Positions 10,552 through 23,172 of a stretch of 64,000 bases of DNA are shown here, one piece after another. Below the pieces are notes generated by a model that had not been told where the DNA came from, ran no database searches, and worked only from the letters and a program-made list of their open reading frames with translations. A program made the translations under genes and the position numbers. This DNA is from Massalongia carnosa. Lineage: Eukaryota. Numbering within the stretch: the stretch's first letter is position 1; each line of letters opens with the position of its first letter. The stretch spans positions 2,356,001-2,420,000 of the forward strand of contig OZ287072.1 in assembly GCA_965645245.1 (NCBI GenBank), in the 5' to 3' direction.

Positions 10552-12198
10552 ATGAGCTCAAAAACGCCCATGACAGCAAGAAAAGTCGGAGCCCCTCCCA
10601 CGGAGGCTCAGACTGGTCCAGCATTTAACACCCGCGCTCGTTCCGCCTCCCGCCATTCGTGTCGTTCGGATAGCAGTATGCCAGGAACGTTCGAAGACTC
10701 CGAGCTACTGCAGAACGAGCAAATGAGAGAAACCACGGAGGGGACGTGGGAAAAAACCTCAAGAGCAGGGCGCGGAAAAGAAAAGGAAATTTTCCAAACA
10801 ATAGACGTCTCCAACCACCCATACTACGAACAGGATGCAGCGGAGCATCCGTCTCTCGTCGTGGCACACAACTTGAAAGAATTGCAGAGCATCTTGCGAG
10901 ATGAGAAAGAAGGACCCCGATGGTACGATTTTCTCGCGAGAGCGCTCGAATACGATAAGACCCTATTCGAAAAATACATCTCTATGCAGAACGATCAGGA
11001 GAAGCTTGCCGAAGCAAAAAAGATCAACAGACGTTACAAGCAAGTAAATGAACGTCTCATCGCAGAAAAGGATGATGCCGAACGAGAGGCCCTTCTCGCG
11101 CAAGAAGAACTCTCGCATAGAGATATCGAATTGGAGACAACGACTCTAGCAAAAGAGAGATTACAGAAAGACAGAGACTCCTTGATCCGCCAGTTTGCGG
11201 AAACACAGGAAACACCACGTCAGCAACGGGAAGACACCGTTGCTACCTCAAGCACTAACTACAATCCTCAGAATTGGCGACCTCGTGGTATAAACCCTAG
11301 CAAGCCACTAAAAGGTGAAGACTCGGAGGAGTATAGCCCTTGGGCGTACTCCGTCCGCAACAAACTGAAGACAGACGCACCCCTCTACGCCGACGAGAGT
11401 GAAAAGGTCGGTTACGCGCTGTCTCAAATGGAAGCGCCGATCTTCGGGGCTATGCATTCTTGGGTAGCGGATATGGGAGACTCACTATCGGCCGATGCTT
11501 TGTTCGAAGAGATAGAACACTACATGGGCATCCACCTCCAGAGCCGCGACGCCAAGAAAGAACTCCTCACCGTCACCATGAAAGGGGGCGAAAGCGTCAG
11601 CGAGTATTACCACCGAATCTTCAAGCTATGGCAGAAAGCCAAAACTCCCGTTGACGAGCGAATTGAAAAGTTCCTCGTGACGTTAAAGCCTAGCATCTCC
11701 AGCTCTCTTATGGGTTCCGTCTTTACCGATTTCCGCCCTCTACTTGACGAAGCACGAAGAATCGAAGACCGCCGCAAAGATGTGGCACATCACTTTCCCC
11801 GCCCCGATAAACCAGCTGCAACGAAGAACTCCGGCCAACGAAGCAACTTCTCCGGTGGACAGTCCTCAAACCAATCCTCCGGTGGAAAGTCCGTCTCAGC
11901 CTCCACCAACCAGATCAACTCCAGAAAATCGGACGATCGGCCAAACGCGAAGCTGACGCCAACAATAGTCAAGCCGGCCGGTTGGGTAGGCACGTGGTAC
12001 GATCCAGACCCGAACCCAAAGAAGCTGAAGGATGACGATCGTGAGTCCCTCTCCCGCCAACGCCGATGCTGGGCATGTAGGGGATCGGGACATCGAGGAC
12101 ACGATACCATCTGTCCTCAATACAAGGACAAGAATCTGAGCACCATGGGAACTGTAGAAACAGATTCAGGAACGGAATCTGATGCGGGAAAAGTCTAG
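10552..12198 (+). CDS. gag: Gypsy gag
   Basis: 548 aa, coiled-coil region, retrotransposon gag core (MKGGESVSEY), CWAC..GH..C knuckle. Confidence 0.92.
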   Translation: MSSKTPMTARKVGAPPTEAQTGPAFNTRARSASRHSCRSDSSMPGTFEDSELLQNEQMRETTEGTWEKTSRAGRGKEKEIFQTIDVSNHPYYEQDAAEHPSLVVAHNLKELQSILRDEKEGPRWYDFLARALEYDKTLFEKYISMQNDQEKLAEAKKINRRYKQVNERLIAEKDDAEREALLAQEELSHRDIELETTTLAKERLQKDRDSLIRQFAETQETPRQQREDTVATSSTNYNPQNWRPRGINPSKPLKGEDSEEYSPWAYSVRNKLKTDAPLYADESEKVGYALSQMEAPIFGAMHSWVADMGDSLSADALFEEIEHYMGIHLQSRDAKKELLTVTMKGGESVSEYYHRIFKLWQKAKTPVDERIEKFLVTLKPSISSSLMGSVFTDFRPLLDEARRIEDRRKDVAHHFPRPDKPAATKNSGQRSNFSGGQSSNQSSGGKSVSASTNQINSRKSDDRPNAKLTPTIVKPAGWVGTWYDPDPNPKKLKDDDRESLSRQRRCWACRGSGHRGHDTICPQYKDKNLSTMGTVETDSGTESDAGKV

Positions 12199-15100
12199 TC
12201 CTTGATCAAAATCGCGATCAAGGGCGTACAAATAAGGAGGTTGTTAGTGAGAACAGTGACACTGAAATGAAGATGATTAGGGTCTCTACTTGTGCTGTCC
12301 GCGATACTGAAAAGAAAATCGAGGGCAAGCATTTAGTTTTTAAAACTAGCATAGCTGGAATTAAAACCCGTTTACTGATCGATAATGGAAGTGAAGCTGA
12401 ACTCATTGACGAATCCTTTGTGCGTAAACACAAATTGAACACCTTCAAACTGGATAAGAAGGTGAAACTTACTTTGGGAAATGGAGAGGTAGTACAGCTC
12501 CTCTCGAAGGCCGCCTTGATCGACGTGAAAATTGGAGATCACGAAGAGCAAGTCTTATGTTATTTAGCAAAACTAGAAGCGTACGCAGTCATTCTAGGGG
12601 ATGGATGGCTGCAAACGCACAACCCAATGATCAATTGGAAAGAGAGAACGATGAAGTTCAACTCATCTGATTGCCTCGAAAAGGGATGTCTTACACGAGG
12701 GATAAGTTGCACCGAATTCGCTGTGGGAGGCAGGGTTAAGAATAGGACCGAGCCTAAAGAAGATATCGAAGTTCTCCCAGTCAACGCAAAACACTTCTTT
12801 CGAATGGTCAGAAAGAAGGATCACGAGGGTTACCTATGGGTTCCTCGAGAAACAAAGAAGGCCTTATGCGCAACTATCACCGGAGCAGTGACATCGGGAG
12901 ATTACGACAAGTTCATGAAGGGAAAACCGGAATACACCCGAGAGGAGTTGTTGAAGAGAGTCCCAGCAGCTTATCACAGCGTAATAGATGTCTTCATGAA
13001 GCACAAGGCAGACGAACTGCCCGAACATCGAAAGGAGGATCACCAGATAATCCTCGAAGCAGGAAAAGAGGCTCCGTACGTGAGGAACTACAAGCCCATG
13101 TCAGAACAAGAACTGGAAGCAGTTAAAAAATACATCGATGAACATCTGGAAAAAGGTTTCATCCGTCCTAGCTCTTCAAGCGCAGCAGCCCCCGTTCTTC
13201 TAGTTAGGAAACCAGGGGGTGGCCTAAGATTCTGCGTAGATTATAGAGCCTTGAACTCCATCACCATCAAGAACAGGTATCCAATACCGTTGATAAATGA
13301 GACATTGGGAAAACTGTCGCAAGCCAAGAAGTTCACGAAACTGGATGTGATTAGCGCGTTCAATCGTATGAGAATGAAAGAAGGCCATGAGTGGCTCACA
13401 GCTTTCAATACCAGATATGGTCAGTTCGAATATCTGGTGATGCCATTCGGTCTCTGCAACGCTCCAGGGACTTTTCAAAGCTTCATCAACGACACAGTCA
13501 GAGAATATTTAGACGTTTTCTGCACGGCGTATTTAGACGATGTCTTGATTTACAGCGAAAACGAAGAAGAGCATTCCGAACAAGTGTTAATAGTCCTAAC
13601 TCGATTGAAAGAGAAAGGACTGCAAGTGGATATAGACAAATGCGAATTCTCCGTAACGAAGGTAAAGTATCTTGGACTGATAGTCACCACCGAGGGGATA
13701 AAAATGGACCCGGAGAAAATCGAGGCGATTCTAAAATGGGAGACCCCAGGATCCGTCAAAGACGTGCAAGCATTCTTAGGCTTTGCGAATTTTTATCGAC
13801 GATTTATATCGAGGTTTTCGCAACGAACGAGACCATTAACAGAGTTAACGAAGGGTGAACAAATAACAACTAAATCAGGAAAGAAACGAACCAAGTATAA
13901 CTCGTTCGTTTGGTCCGAAGATTGTCAGAAAGCCTTCGAAGATTTAAAGAATGCATTCACCACCGCTCCCGTTTTAGCACATTACGACCCGGCCCTGGAA
14001 ACGTGGGTCGAGACTGACTCTTCAGATTTCGTTAGCGCCGGAGTACTCTCTCAAATGCACGACGGAGTACTGAAACCAGTGGCTTATTTCTCCAAAAAGA
14101 TGACCCCTGCCGAGTGTAACTATATGATTTACGATAAGGAGCTCCTCGCAATTGTAAAGAGCTTCGAAGTCTGGCGTCCCGAAGTTGCAAGTGCTGCTCC
14201 TGACAAACCCGTTAAAGTATACACCGATCACAAGAATTTGGAGCATTTTATGACGACAAAGCAGCTAAACAGAAGACAAGCCAGATGGGCTGAATTTCTT
14301 TCCGAGTTTAATTTCAAGATAATGTATCGACCGGGGAAGCAAGGAGAAAAACCGGACACGCTGACCCGACGCTCTCAAGATCTCCCGAAGGGATTCGAAG
14401 ATATCAGAGAGCAACATCAATTTCAAACGTTGTTGCAGGAGCATCAACTAGATGACGATATACGAAAAGCGTTAGCGGTCGTGTTCTGCGCAAACACGAT
14501 AGACGACGATAACGATAACGATCAAGATGATCGAAGCGTAGCCACTGAGGAAGACGCAACAGAATCAGAGGAACCTAACGCAGAACATACACCAGTGACC
14601 GACGTGACCGAGAGCTCGATAACGAAGACCTTGGAAGAACTAATAGAAGAGGCTTACGAAAAGGACGAAACGGTTCAAGACATAATAGCAGCAAAGAAGA
14701 AGGAACTGAGAAAACTCCCACTGAACCTCATAAAAAGAGGGATAAAGCTAGCCATGGGGGACCTCAAATTAGAAAACGACAAGCTGTATGTCAAAGGAAG
14801 ATTATACGTACCAGATCACGAGTCATTGCAATTGCATTTACTGCAAAAGCATCACGAACCACCATTACAGGGCCATCCGGGATACAAAAGTATGTATCAA
14901 ATAATGAGAGAAAATTACTTCTGGTTCGACATGAAGGAGCACTGCAAGAGATACGCCGTGAACTGCTCAGTATGTCGTAGATCAAAAGCATACAACGACA
15001 AGAAGCAGGGACTGTTGAATCCTCTCCCCATCCCGAATAGAAAATGGATGGACGTATCATTGGACTTCGTTGAATTTCTTCCAGAATGCCGAAGACGGAA

Positions 15101-16199
15101 CAGAGTCTATCAGCACATATTGGTGATAGTAGATCGTTTAACGAAAAGACGATTATACGAACCACTAACATCTCTCTCTACTGACGAACTGATGGACGCG
15201 ATGTCCAGAAGATTATTCTCCTCTTACGGATTCCCTATATCAACAGTCAACGATCGCGGTAGTCAACTAACCGCTCACTTATGGAAAAGAGTTTGCGAAA
15301 GATACGGGGTGAGAATAAAATTCTCTTCCGCACATCACCCCGAAACAGACGGTCAAACCGAGAACGCCAACAAGGTGATGAAGAACTACCTCCGAGCGTA
15401 CGTCAGTTACACACAAGACAACTGGGTGGATTATCTCTCGGACGCAGAGTTTGCCGCCAACAATCATGTAAATGTATCTACGGGAATGACCCCATTCTTC
15501 GCAGATCATGGCTTTCATCCGCGCTGTGGCATCGAACCACCAGGCACATATGAAGGAAAAGGAAGAGCGGAGATACTGCACGCTGACAAGATCATAGAAC
15601 GACAGGAAGCCATGCGAACCTGGCTTCGAGATCAATTAGCCTGGGCTCAGGAAGAACAAACAAGGCATGCAAACAAAGGCCGCCAACCTCATCCCGAATA
15701 CAAGGTCGGGGACATGGTTTATGTTAACGCCAAACATTTCGCTTTCGAAAGACCCAGCAGATCGTTAAGTTTCAAGAACGCAGGCCCGTGGAAGATAATA
15801 AGAATTATCAACAATAAAGCCTACAAACTAGAGATCCCGGATCAGTTAAAGAACGTTAATCTTACTTCCATCTTTCATCCATGGAAGCTACATCTAGCAC
15901 CTTCCAATCCATTCCCAGGTCAAGTCTTACCGCCCGGACCGCCCATAGCCATTGTCGAGAACGACGAAGAGGAGGCTCACGAAGAGTGGGAAGTCCTTGA
16001 AATAGTAGACTGCCGCGAAACAAGGAAATTCGGAGTGCAGTACAAAGCAACTTTCGTCGGCAACTGGGACGAATGGAATGCGAACCCTTACTGGCAATCA
16101 TGGACCGACTTCAAGAACTCCAAGGATAAAATCCTTCAATATCATCGCGAACACCCACATAAGCCGAAACCACCAGAAGACCTGACAGAAACAGGCTAG
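12186..16199 (+). CDS. pol: Gypsy pol (PR-RT-RH-INT-chromodomain), expressed by -1 frameshift
   Basis: LIDNGS protease, YLDD RT, ETDSS RNase H, HHCC and DDE integrase, C-terminal chromodomain. The -1 frame is open from the slippery site at 12186. Confidence 0.95.
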   Translation, partial: GKSLVLDQNRDQGRTNKEVVSENSDTEMKMIRVSTCAVRDTEKKIEGKHLVFKTSIAGIKTRLLIDNGSEAELIDESFVRKHKLNTFKLDKKVKLTLGNGEVVQLLSKAALIDVKIGDHEEQVLCYLAKLEAYAVILGDGWLQTHNPMINWKERTMKFNSSDCLEKGCLTRGISCTEFAVGGRVKNRTEPKEDIEVLPVNAKHFFRMVRKKDHEGYLWVPRETKKALCATITGAVTSGDYDKFMKGKPEYTREELLKRVPAAYHSVIDVFMKHKADELPEHRKEDHQIILEAGKEAPYVRNYKPMSEQELEAVKKYIDEHLEKGFIRPSSSSAAAPVLLVRKPGGGLRFCVDYRALNSITIKNRYPIPLINETLGKLSQAKKFTKLDVISAFNRMRMKEGHEWLTAFNTRYGQFEYLVMPFGLCNAPGTFQSFINDTVREYLDVFCTAYLDDVLIYSENEEEHSEQVLIVLTRLKEKGLQVDIDKCEFSVTKVKYLGLIVTTEGIKMDPEKIEAILKWETPGSVKDVQAFLGFANFYRRFISRFSQRTRPLTELTKGEQITTKSGKKRTKYNSFVWSEDCQKAFEDLKNAFTTAPVLAHYDPALETWVETDSSDFVSAGVLSQMHDGVLKPVAYFSKKMTPAECNYMIYDKELLAIVKSFEVWRPEVASAAPDKPVKVYTDHKNLEHFMTTKQLNRRQARWAEFLSEFNFKIMYRPGKQGEKPDTLTRRSQDLPKGFEDIREQHQFQTLLQEHQLDDDIRKALAVVFCANTIDDDNDNDQDDRSVATEEDATESEEPNAEHTPVTDVTESSITKTLEELIEEAYEKDETVQDIIAAKKKELRKLPLNLIKRGIKLAMGDLKLENDKLYVKGRLYVPDHESLQLHLLQKHHEPPLQGHPGYKSMYQIMRENYFWFDMKEHCKRYAVNCSVCRRSKAYNDKKQGLLNPLPIPNRKWMDVSLDFVEFLPECRRRNRVYQHILVIVDRLTKRRLYEPLTSLSTDELMDAMSRRLFSSYGFPISTVNDRGSQLTAHLWKRVCERYGVRIKFSSAHHPETDGQTENANKVMKNYLRAYVSYTQDNWVDYLSDAEFAANNHVNVSTGMTPFFADHGFHPRCGIEPPGTYEGKGRAEILHADKIIERQEAMRTWLRDQLAWAQEEQTRHANKGRQPHPEYKVGDMVYVNAKHFAFERPSRSLSFKNAGPWKIIRIINNKAYKLEIPDQLKNVNLTSIFHPWKLHLAPSNPFPGQVLPPGPPIAIVENDEEEAHEEWEVLEIVDCRETRKFGVQYKATFVGNWDEWNANPYWQSWTDFKNSKDKILQYHREHPHKPKPPEDLTETG

Positions 16200-17021
16200 C
16201 TGACAGGGCGCCTGCCACTTAGCGCTTCGGAGACCTCGCCCATAGAAGGGGGGGATAGTGTCAGGGTCCTAGCCTGACATAGAGATAGAAGGTTGACCTT
16301 AGAGGTGTTCGAGGTAACCGGTTAGGCTTAGCGCCAGCCGAGATAGAAAGAGGGATCACGGGATCGCGCGAGGCTAGCGCGACACTCGACGCAGATATTT
16401 CTAGCGAGTCGCGCACAATAATTCTTTTCTTTCTTTGTAGATAAATTTTAGTTTAATAGCGGTTGAAAAGAATCGACGACAGCTACCTTACACTACGAGA
16501 GGATTTCGTATCTTTCGATTTGGAAGAATCATTGAAAGAATTCGATTCGGAAGCATCTTTTCAACCAGGAGATGCGAATGATTGTTAGAATGCGGGGTAT
16601 GCGGGGTATGCGGAGTAAGCGGAGAATCACGAGGGTCAGGGGGTCAGGGAAGTCAAGGGAAATGATTTTGACGACGGTGATGATGACGGCGATGATTTTC
16701 AAGCTATGTACGGTATCGGCTGATTTTTAATCAATGTGGTTGTTGGTCAATGATCAAAAAGATGAAGAAATTTGAATTTGGGGGGATGCAACCGCTTTCC
16801 GGGATGCAACCGCTTTCCGGGATGCAACCGCTTTCCCCGACTAAAATGCGGTCGACATTTTTTCAAGTCGGATCCCGGACGTAAGCGAGCCGACGATTAC
16901 GATGTTAACTTGAGTAATCGTTAGATTAAATTGTTAAAAACTTAAGAGAATCGATTAATTTTATCCGCTGGTGAGCGCGCATATGAGCAAGGTGCGCCAG
17001 CTGAAATGCTGTCATCGAGTA

Positions 17022-19284
17022 CAGTCAAACCTTCCTATAACGATAGGGTTTGTCCACGCCGGCCAATCGTTATAGCCAGAATATATTATTTATAAGTTAA
17101 ACATAACGGTTATGTGTGATGATGAGATTCATAGACCTAAGAATCTATATAGCATGAAAATAAGTCTGAATAGACTGTTGCTGCAACTCCTGTGTGCCTC
17201 TGCCTCTGATATCCCGTCGATAACGTGTCAAACATCGCAAAACCTCGCTGTTACCGTTGTCTTGTTGCTCCTCGTAGAGACAGAGTCTATTCAAAGCAGT
17301 AATAGCTTCTGCACTGCTCACTTTTGCCATCATCTCTTGCTCCTCATCTGTCTCATGGTCTCGTTCAATCAAAGGGTGACTATAACTGTCCAGAATCTGT
17401 TCAAATATCTCCTCCTCGTTGTCTTCCACCACCTCATCCACGAGATCCAAGAAATGATCTATCTTCATCGCCTCTGTGATGTGATTTTTGTCTTGTAAAG
17501 TCCGTATTGTAGCGTCCATCTGCTTGATCATCTCTCGCTGCTTGACATCATCTGCATCAGACTGCTCCTTCCACCCCAATTGTATAGCCACACTTTCCGA
17601 AACAGGTCCGTACTTTGGACCCAAAACTTTGGATTTCAACCAGCAATTGGCAATTGTAGTAGAAGAAACGTCTTCTTGCCAAGCAGCTACACTCCATCGA
17701 AGAGCTTGTAGAATATGAATTGACTTTAACGGATCGCGATCCAAATCATATTCCGAACAGATGTAATTCAACCAATGCCGACGATAATGAGCTTTAAAGG
17801 CCTTGATGATGCCTTGATCAAGAGGTTGACAGACGCTTGTGGCGTTGGCAGGTAAGAAAAGTACCTAAAAAGTTGATTAATCGACGCTCTTGAAAATACA
17901 CATCAGTCTAACGTACCTTGACGTTGTTCAGAGCAGTTTCATCTGCTTCTAAAAGCTCCAATCCGGCGTGATGGGATGAAAACCCATCTACTAGAAGCAC
18001 TACATTGCGATCTGCGGTCAAAGCGTTGAACCATAGAAGATACTCTTTGAATATCTTGCCTGTCATCCATGCTTTTTTGTTATGACGCCAAGTCATCGGT
18101 AGGTTTTCTATCTTGACGCCAGATCGAGCAAAACAGCGAGGCTTTGCTGCCGTTCCAATAAACCAGGGATCCATCTTGTGACCCACGACATTACAACAAA
18201 GATTGATGGTGATTCTAGACTTATTCAACTTAACACCAGCTGAATCAGACACTGCCAAGGTACGATCCGGCGTCATTTTCCATATAGAGCTGATTCGTCC
18301 ATGTTATAGATGTCTTCATTAGGATACGACTTTAGGTCTTCCCTGAGATTCACGAGTTCAAGCTCCACTGTTGCTTGATCTACCGCAGCAGCTTCGCCAT
18401 GACGAACTACTCTATGAATCTTATACCGCTTCTTGAAGCCGTCCAACCAGCCTGTTGAGAATTTGGGCTCCTCAACGCCTTGATATTGCGGCATTCGAGC
18501 CCAGAATCTTTTGGCCATGGCCTTCAATATATCACCTGTTATGGTGGCATGCTTGAGCTCCTGTTTCTGCTGCCATTCGTACAACGCCATCTCCAGATCT
18601 TCCCAATTTGCTGGCTGTCTCTTCTTTGATTGCGGATGAATGAGTCTTGAATCATCCAGATGATCATACTGATGAGACAAACAGACAGAAACCGTGGATT
18701 GAGACAGCTTACGACCAAACTGATTTAGAAACCAGGCTATTAAGGAGTTGGAATTGGGCTTGGGATGATCCGCCTGATTATAGTGAGCTCGCAAGGCCTT
18801 TCTCTCAGCGTCAGTAATAGCTCGTCGTCGCTTGACGCCGGCGGAGGAGCTAATAGGTCTATTCAAGATGGACGACATGATGTTGTGAATACTCGGCGAA
18901 TATCTTGGAAGTAGGAGGCTAGGTTATCAAATGGTAATACAACAAACGGGAACGACTTGGCTAATCAGCTTAACCAGAGCTTGATTTGTGACTGCTTCTA
19001 TTACTACCTCTAGTAAAGAGTGATTCTATGAAAATATAGCAGAATAGGCTCCCTATATATATACCTATCAAAAAACTACACTGCATTATTTAAGCAGGAA
19101 GTTCGGTCGAGGTGCAACCTGGCTTCTATGTATAACGGTACCCTACAAAAATTTTGAGATTTACTAACGATATCGTAATAGGGAGATTATCGTTATTTTG
19201 CACCTAAAATTGCCGGATTTCTCCAACCAATCGTTGTGGAGCGATTATCGTTATAACCAAAATCGTTATAGGAAGGTTTGACTG
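17022..19284 (-). mobile_element. pogo/Tigger (CENP-B-like) DNA transposon
   Basis: 23-bp TIR CAGTCAAACCTTCCTATAACGAT at both ends, TA TSD. Confidence 0.95.
17145..18878 (-). pseudogene. CENP-B/Tigger-like transposase, one frameshift (~18276) and one intron (17865-17916)
   Basis: CENP-B HTH (FSTGWLDGFKKR), YNMDES, LLVDGFSSH, spliced FLPANATSVCQPLDQGII. Confidence 0.88.
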
Positions 19285-19714
19285 TATTTGTAATCCGATA
19301 AAATTTGTGCTATTATACTATATGCCCCAAGTATATGCATAGGCTTGACCAGCCCCGATAAAGCTATAATCCAACACCTCTTGTCGGGGATACTATATGG
19401 AGATTCCCTGTGATTACTGTCTAGCCGCTGCTTCAACCAGTCGTTGCTCAAACTTTCCGCCATTTCCAACTCCAACATGCCTGAAAGCTGGAGACCCTGC
19501 CAAAAAGGGGGGTGAAGATCCTTGTAGAGTATGGTTAGAATCAATGTTAGACGCGGAAATCCACCCGAAGGATCACTATCATTGCTGCTCCTCCTTAGTC
19601 GCACAGCCTTGCCTGAATGGTGACGAGTAGTCGGAAAGGCAGGAATCTGAGCATTCGCTTTAGTTATTACGATTGCGTGTCAATTATCTGCGATTGCCTC
19701 TGCTCGCGAGCAGA

Positions 19715-20633
19715 ATGTTTTTCACTGCTGTGGTCATTCTTCTTCTGACTTCGCACACGCGATCGCTTTGCTACTTTCCTTCTGGCGATGTTGCCAACGA
19801 CATTCCATGTAGAACTGACTCGACCTTTACTTTCTGCTGCGGACAAACCTCAACATGCCTGACAAACAAAGTCTGTCTCCAGGCAGACGGCTCCTATGAT
19901 CGAGGCACTTGCACCGATAAGAGCTGGAATTCCCATGATTGCCCTCAGTTCTGTCAAGCTAGTAAGCTGTCTTTCATTCGCGACGAAGTTTTCAACGTAT
20001 AACCGGCTTGTCTAACCATAATTCTCGCATTTAGCTAACCTAGGAGGCGGCGGTCTGATCTTTCCTTGCTCTCCATCCGGCTCCGGGATTTGGTGCTGTG
20101 GCGACACTGGCTCGAATAACTGTTGCAATTCAGCCAACCTTCGCTTTTTTCTGGGACCAGCAACGATTTTGTCGCAACAAGCGTCAAGTTCCACTACATC
20201 TACCTCTTCAAGTTCCAGCACACCTACCTCTACAAGTCTCGGTGCATCTACCTTTACGAGCTCTCCAACCTCTGCTTTGAGCTCATCCTCGCGAGAAGGT
20301 TCCAGTGCCATAACCTCGAGAACACAGAGTCAATCGCCATCATCCAGCTCCAATGCCGCAGTATCTTCGGGTCTTTCTACACCTACAAAAGCCGGGGTCG
20401 GAGTTGGCATACCTGTGGTTGTCGCTCTCGTTGCTCTTATCCTCTATCTTTTTTACCGTAATAAGCAACTGCGGGCTTCTTCCCACACTTCTGTATCTCA
20501 AAGAATCGATCATCCGGTAGATGAGGTCGAGGAGCCCGTCCTGCTTCCGAAACCTGCGCAAGAGCTTGAACACCGGGAAGAGTATCATGAGCTTTCCGCG
20601 CTGCATCAGCGTCATGGAAACGAAATGCCCTGA
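19715..20633 (+). CDS. Single-pass membrane protein: signal peptide, Cys-rich domain, Ser/Thr stalk, TM helix (cell-surface sensor-like); intron 19962-20034
   Basis: GTAAGC..CTAAC..TAG intron joins the two ORFs in frame; CYFPSG..CC..C..RGTCTD..W..CPQFC motif; TM AGVGVGIPVVVALVALILYLFY. Confidence 0.85.
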
Positions 20634-21239
20634 CTGAACTCTTAAGGCGAAAGACTGTAGATAGAGCATCACCAACATTTTTGTATAAGTCTGACTGATT
20701 TTGAATGTATTTTATCTTCTCCTTTCCCCACATGCTGACTCCTTTAATCATTCAGTCAATGTCTTCACCCACCGCGAGGTACGGAGTTCCTGACCTGGCA
20801 TATGAGCGAGATATACTTCAATGGAAAAAAAGTCAGCATCAAATAGCGAAGACTGAACATGCTGCGCATTCTCTAAAGTGATTATAAACTCCTCAATACT
20901 ATTTTCAGTTTATTTCACTCCTTTTAATTATAATACATTCCCTTGAAATATATTAAGCTGTAATTTTATCTACTCCACAAGTTTACAAAGTTTAAAACAC
21001 TGCTTTAGAGTCTCATTTTCCCATCGGCAAATCGGGAACGGGCCCTACAGGCGAGCAATTGCGAGTAGCTCCCAGGGCTAGCTAGGGGCAAGCTCTAAGC
21101 TCAATATATTATTAATATTTTATGATTAATAAAACCATTTTCCTTGATGAATTATCTTAAAAGTCTATATAAGAGAACGAAAATATTTGATACAAATCCA
21201 AAGAAGAAAATCCATCAAACAAAAAAATCGTTTGCAATC

Positions 21240-22588
21240 TCAATCGCGAATTTCGATTGTTGATTGCGAATTTATATCTTGATCTAATCTTCTCCTCCAG
21301 GAATGTGCAAGCACTTCCGACGTCGTGAGACGTTTCTCCGGCTCATACACCAACATCCGACCCAATAAATCCGTCATTTCTTCAATAAATTCTTCCGAAA
21401 ACTCGCTTTCGCGATCCACCAATCCCTCGTCCTCATTTCCGACTCCTAACTCCGCAACCCTTTGCCTCAAAGGTCTCGTAACGACGATCTTTGCTTCCAT
21501 CTCCTGCTCGCTGTTCCCGATCGCTTTCTCATTTGCACACCAATTGGTCCACAATGGCCCTGGGGGTTTCCCCAAGGTGCACAGGATCTCCAGCATGGTG
21601 GTCCGCTGGATGCCAAAGTAGCCTTCGAACGGATTAGTTCCAGATAGAACCGCGAAGATGGTGCATGCTAGGGACCAAATATCAAAGGGCAAATCGAACG
21701 ATCTCTCCAGAAGTCTTTCCGGAGCATAGACTGCTGACTGGGCCAGAGAACGAGAGTTGTCGTTTTTAGCTTGGGAAAGAAAGACGCTTCTGAAATCTGC
21801 GATCATGATGGATCGTCAGACTCGAGGGGTTTAGTTCCTTTAGCGGCGACCACGGCGTACTGGGGTAGCTCGGAGGATAGCTCGCGAGGGAGACCATCCA
21901 TTCTATTGATCTCTTCTCGGACGGGTTGACCGTAATATGTGAGTATCTGTTCCTCGCTCCAAGAGTCCAGATCTGGAATTTGTAGTAGCACGTTGCCTGG
22001 GTGCAAGTCTAGTTTCATTTCCGAAGCTTGTTTAGTTTCATGTCAGCATTACAATGACCGGAGCTCTTACCTCCATGTCCAATTCCGTTTCGATGGAGAT
22101 AATCCAGACCCTTAGCGATTTGCCATATAGCTTTCTTTGCCACTGCAAGTGGTAGATGGGACGAAGTCGACTTCTCTGCTTGCTCGTGAATGCTCGGCCC
22201 CGCGATGGGAAGCACCACGCATTTGTGTGCTCCATTCGGCCCCAATGTGTCGAACACGTTAAGCGGTACTAGTACGAACTCCCTACCGTCTTCAACTTGA
22301 ACATGGTCTTCGCTGTTGCCTAGACGTGTTGTTAAGTCAAATTTCCAATGAGAAGTCCGACCGAGCCTTGGATCCACGTAGGATTTTTAAAGCAATGTAT
22401 CGGTGAATTTGCGTATCAAGTGCGAGCCACACTGTCGAGAAGCTGCCGTGGCCGAGTTTGTTGTGAATTCTATAGCGACCAATTTCCAGCGAGTCACCCA
22501 GATGTACAACGTGAAATCCTTGCGGTTTGTAGCAGGCAAGATCCTCCACACCCTCGAGCTCGTCATAGAGAATGTGTCGAGCACTCAT
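21240..22588 (-). pseudogene. SRPK-like protein kinase pseudogene
   Basis: KLGHGSFSTVWLA, ALKI, spliced HGDLHPGN, YAPE and DIWSLAC motifs; frameshifts near 22340 and 21805; DFG changed to DFR. Confidence 0.85.
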
Positions 22589-23172
22589 TGCGGATGTATT
22601 AGATATCAAACGTAAATATTGCAGGCAAGACAAACCGAGTGGACCCAAATCCGTCAACCTCGTCAAAAAGAGCGACTGACATGACTCCTAAAATGTATAC
22701 GCAGTAACTCATTTGTAGCACCTGATCCGAGTTTCTTAGTCCGCCCTAGAAAAGTGGCAAACATTGATCTCTTGTGGTTCCATCTTTATCGTGGTACGGC
22801 AGGATATCATCTACAGTCTGATGTAGGGTAATCGTGCCAAAACACTAAACCCCAACCGAGTCAGGGTCTAGTGCCCGACGGTCTACTGACGCATACAGTC
22901 TACTGACGCACTTTTCCCATTATTATTAAATTCATACTCGTTGTGACATCAGCTACAGCCGACCCATGCGAGAAAAGCTATCAAAGTTTCAAAGAAGGAA
23001 AACCCTCATCGAGGGGAAAAAAACCTTCATCTGTATACCTACACGTGATCGCTCGACCTCACTTCGCGAATGCTACGTTTCGCCAGCACCACGTCTACGA
23101 CACACATGCGTATCAAGAGACTACCTTCTGCCTCTGTTATAACTAGAGTTTGTGACTATCACTACGCGACAG

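Larger units (their letters stand above)
10105..16492 (+). mobile_element. Intact Ty3/gypsy chromovirus retrotransposon
   Basis: 234-bp LTRs that look identical (10105-10338, 16259-16492), TSD CTACG, PPT AGAAGGGGGGGATAG, uninterrupted gag and pol. Confidence 0.97.
7923..16897 (+). mobile_element. pogo/Fot1-type DNA transposon, interrupted by a gypsy element
   Basis: Long TIRs (~7923-8107 and ~16695-16897) with internal GGAAAGCGGTTGCATCCC repeats (2 left, 3 right), flanked by TA; DDE_1-type transposase inside. Confidence 0.95.
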
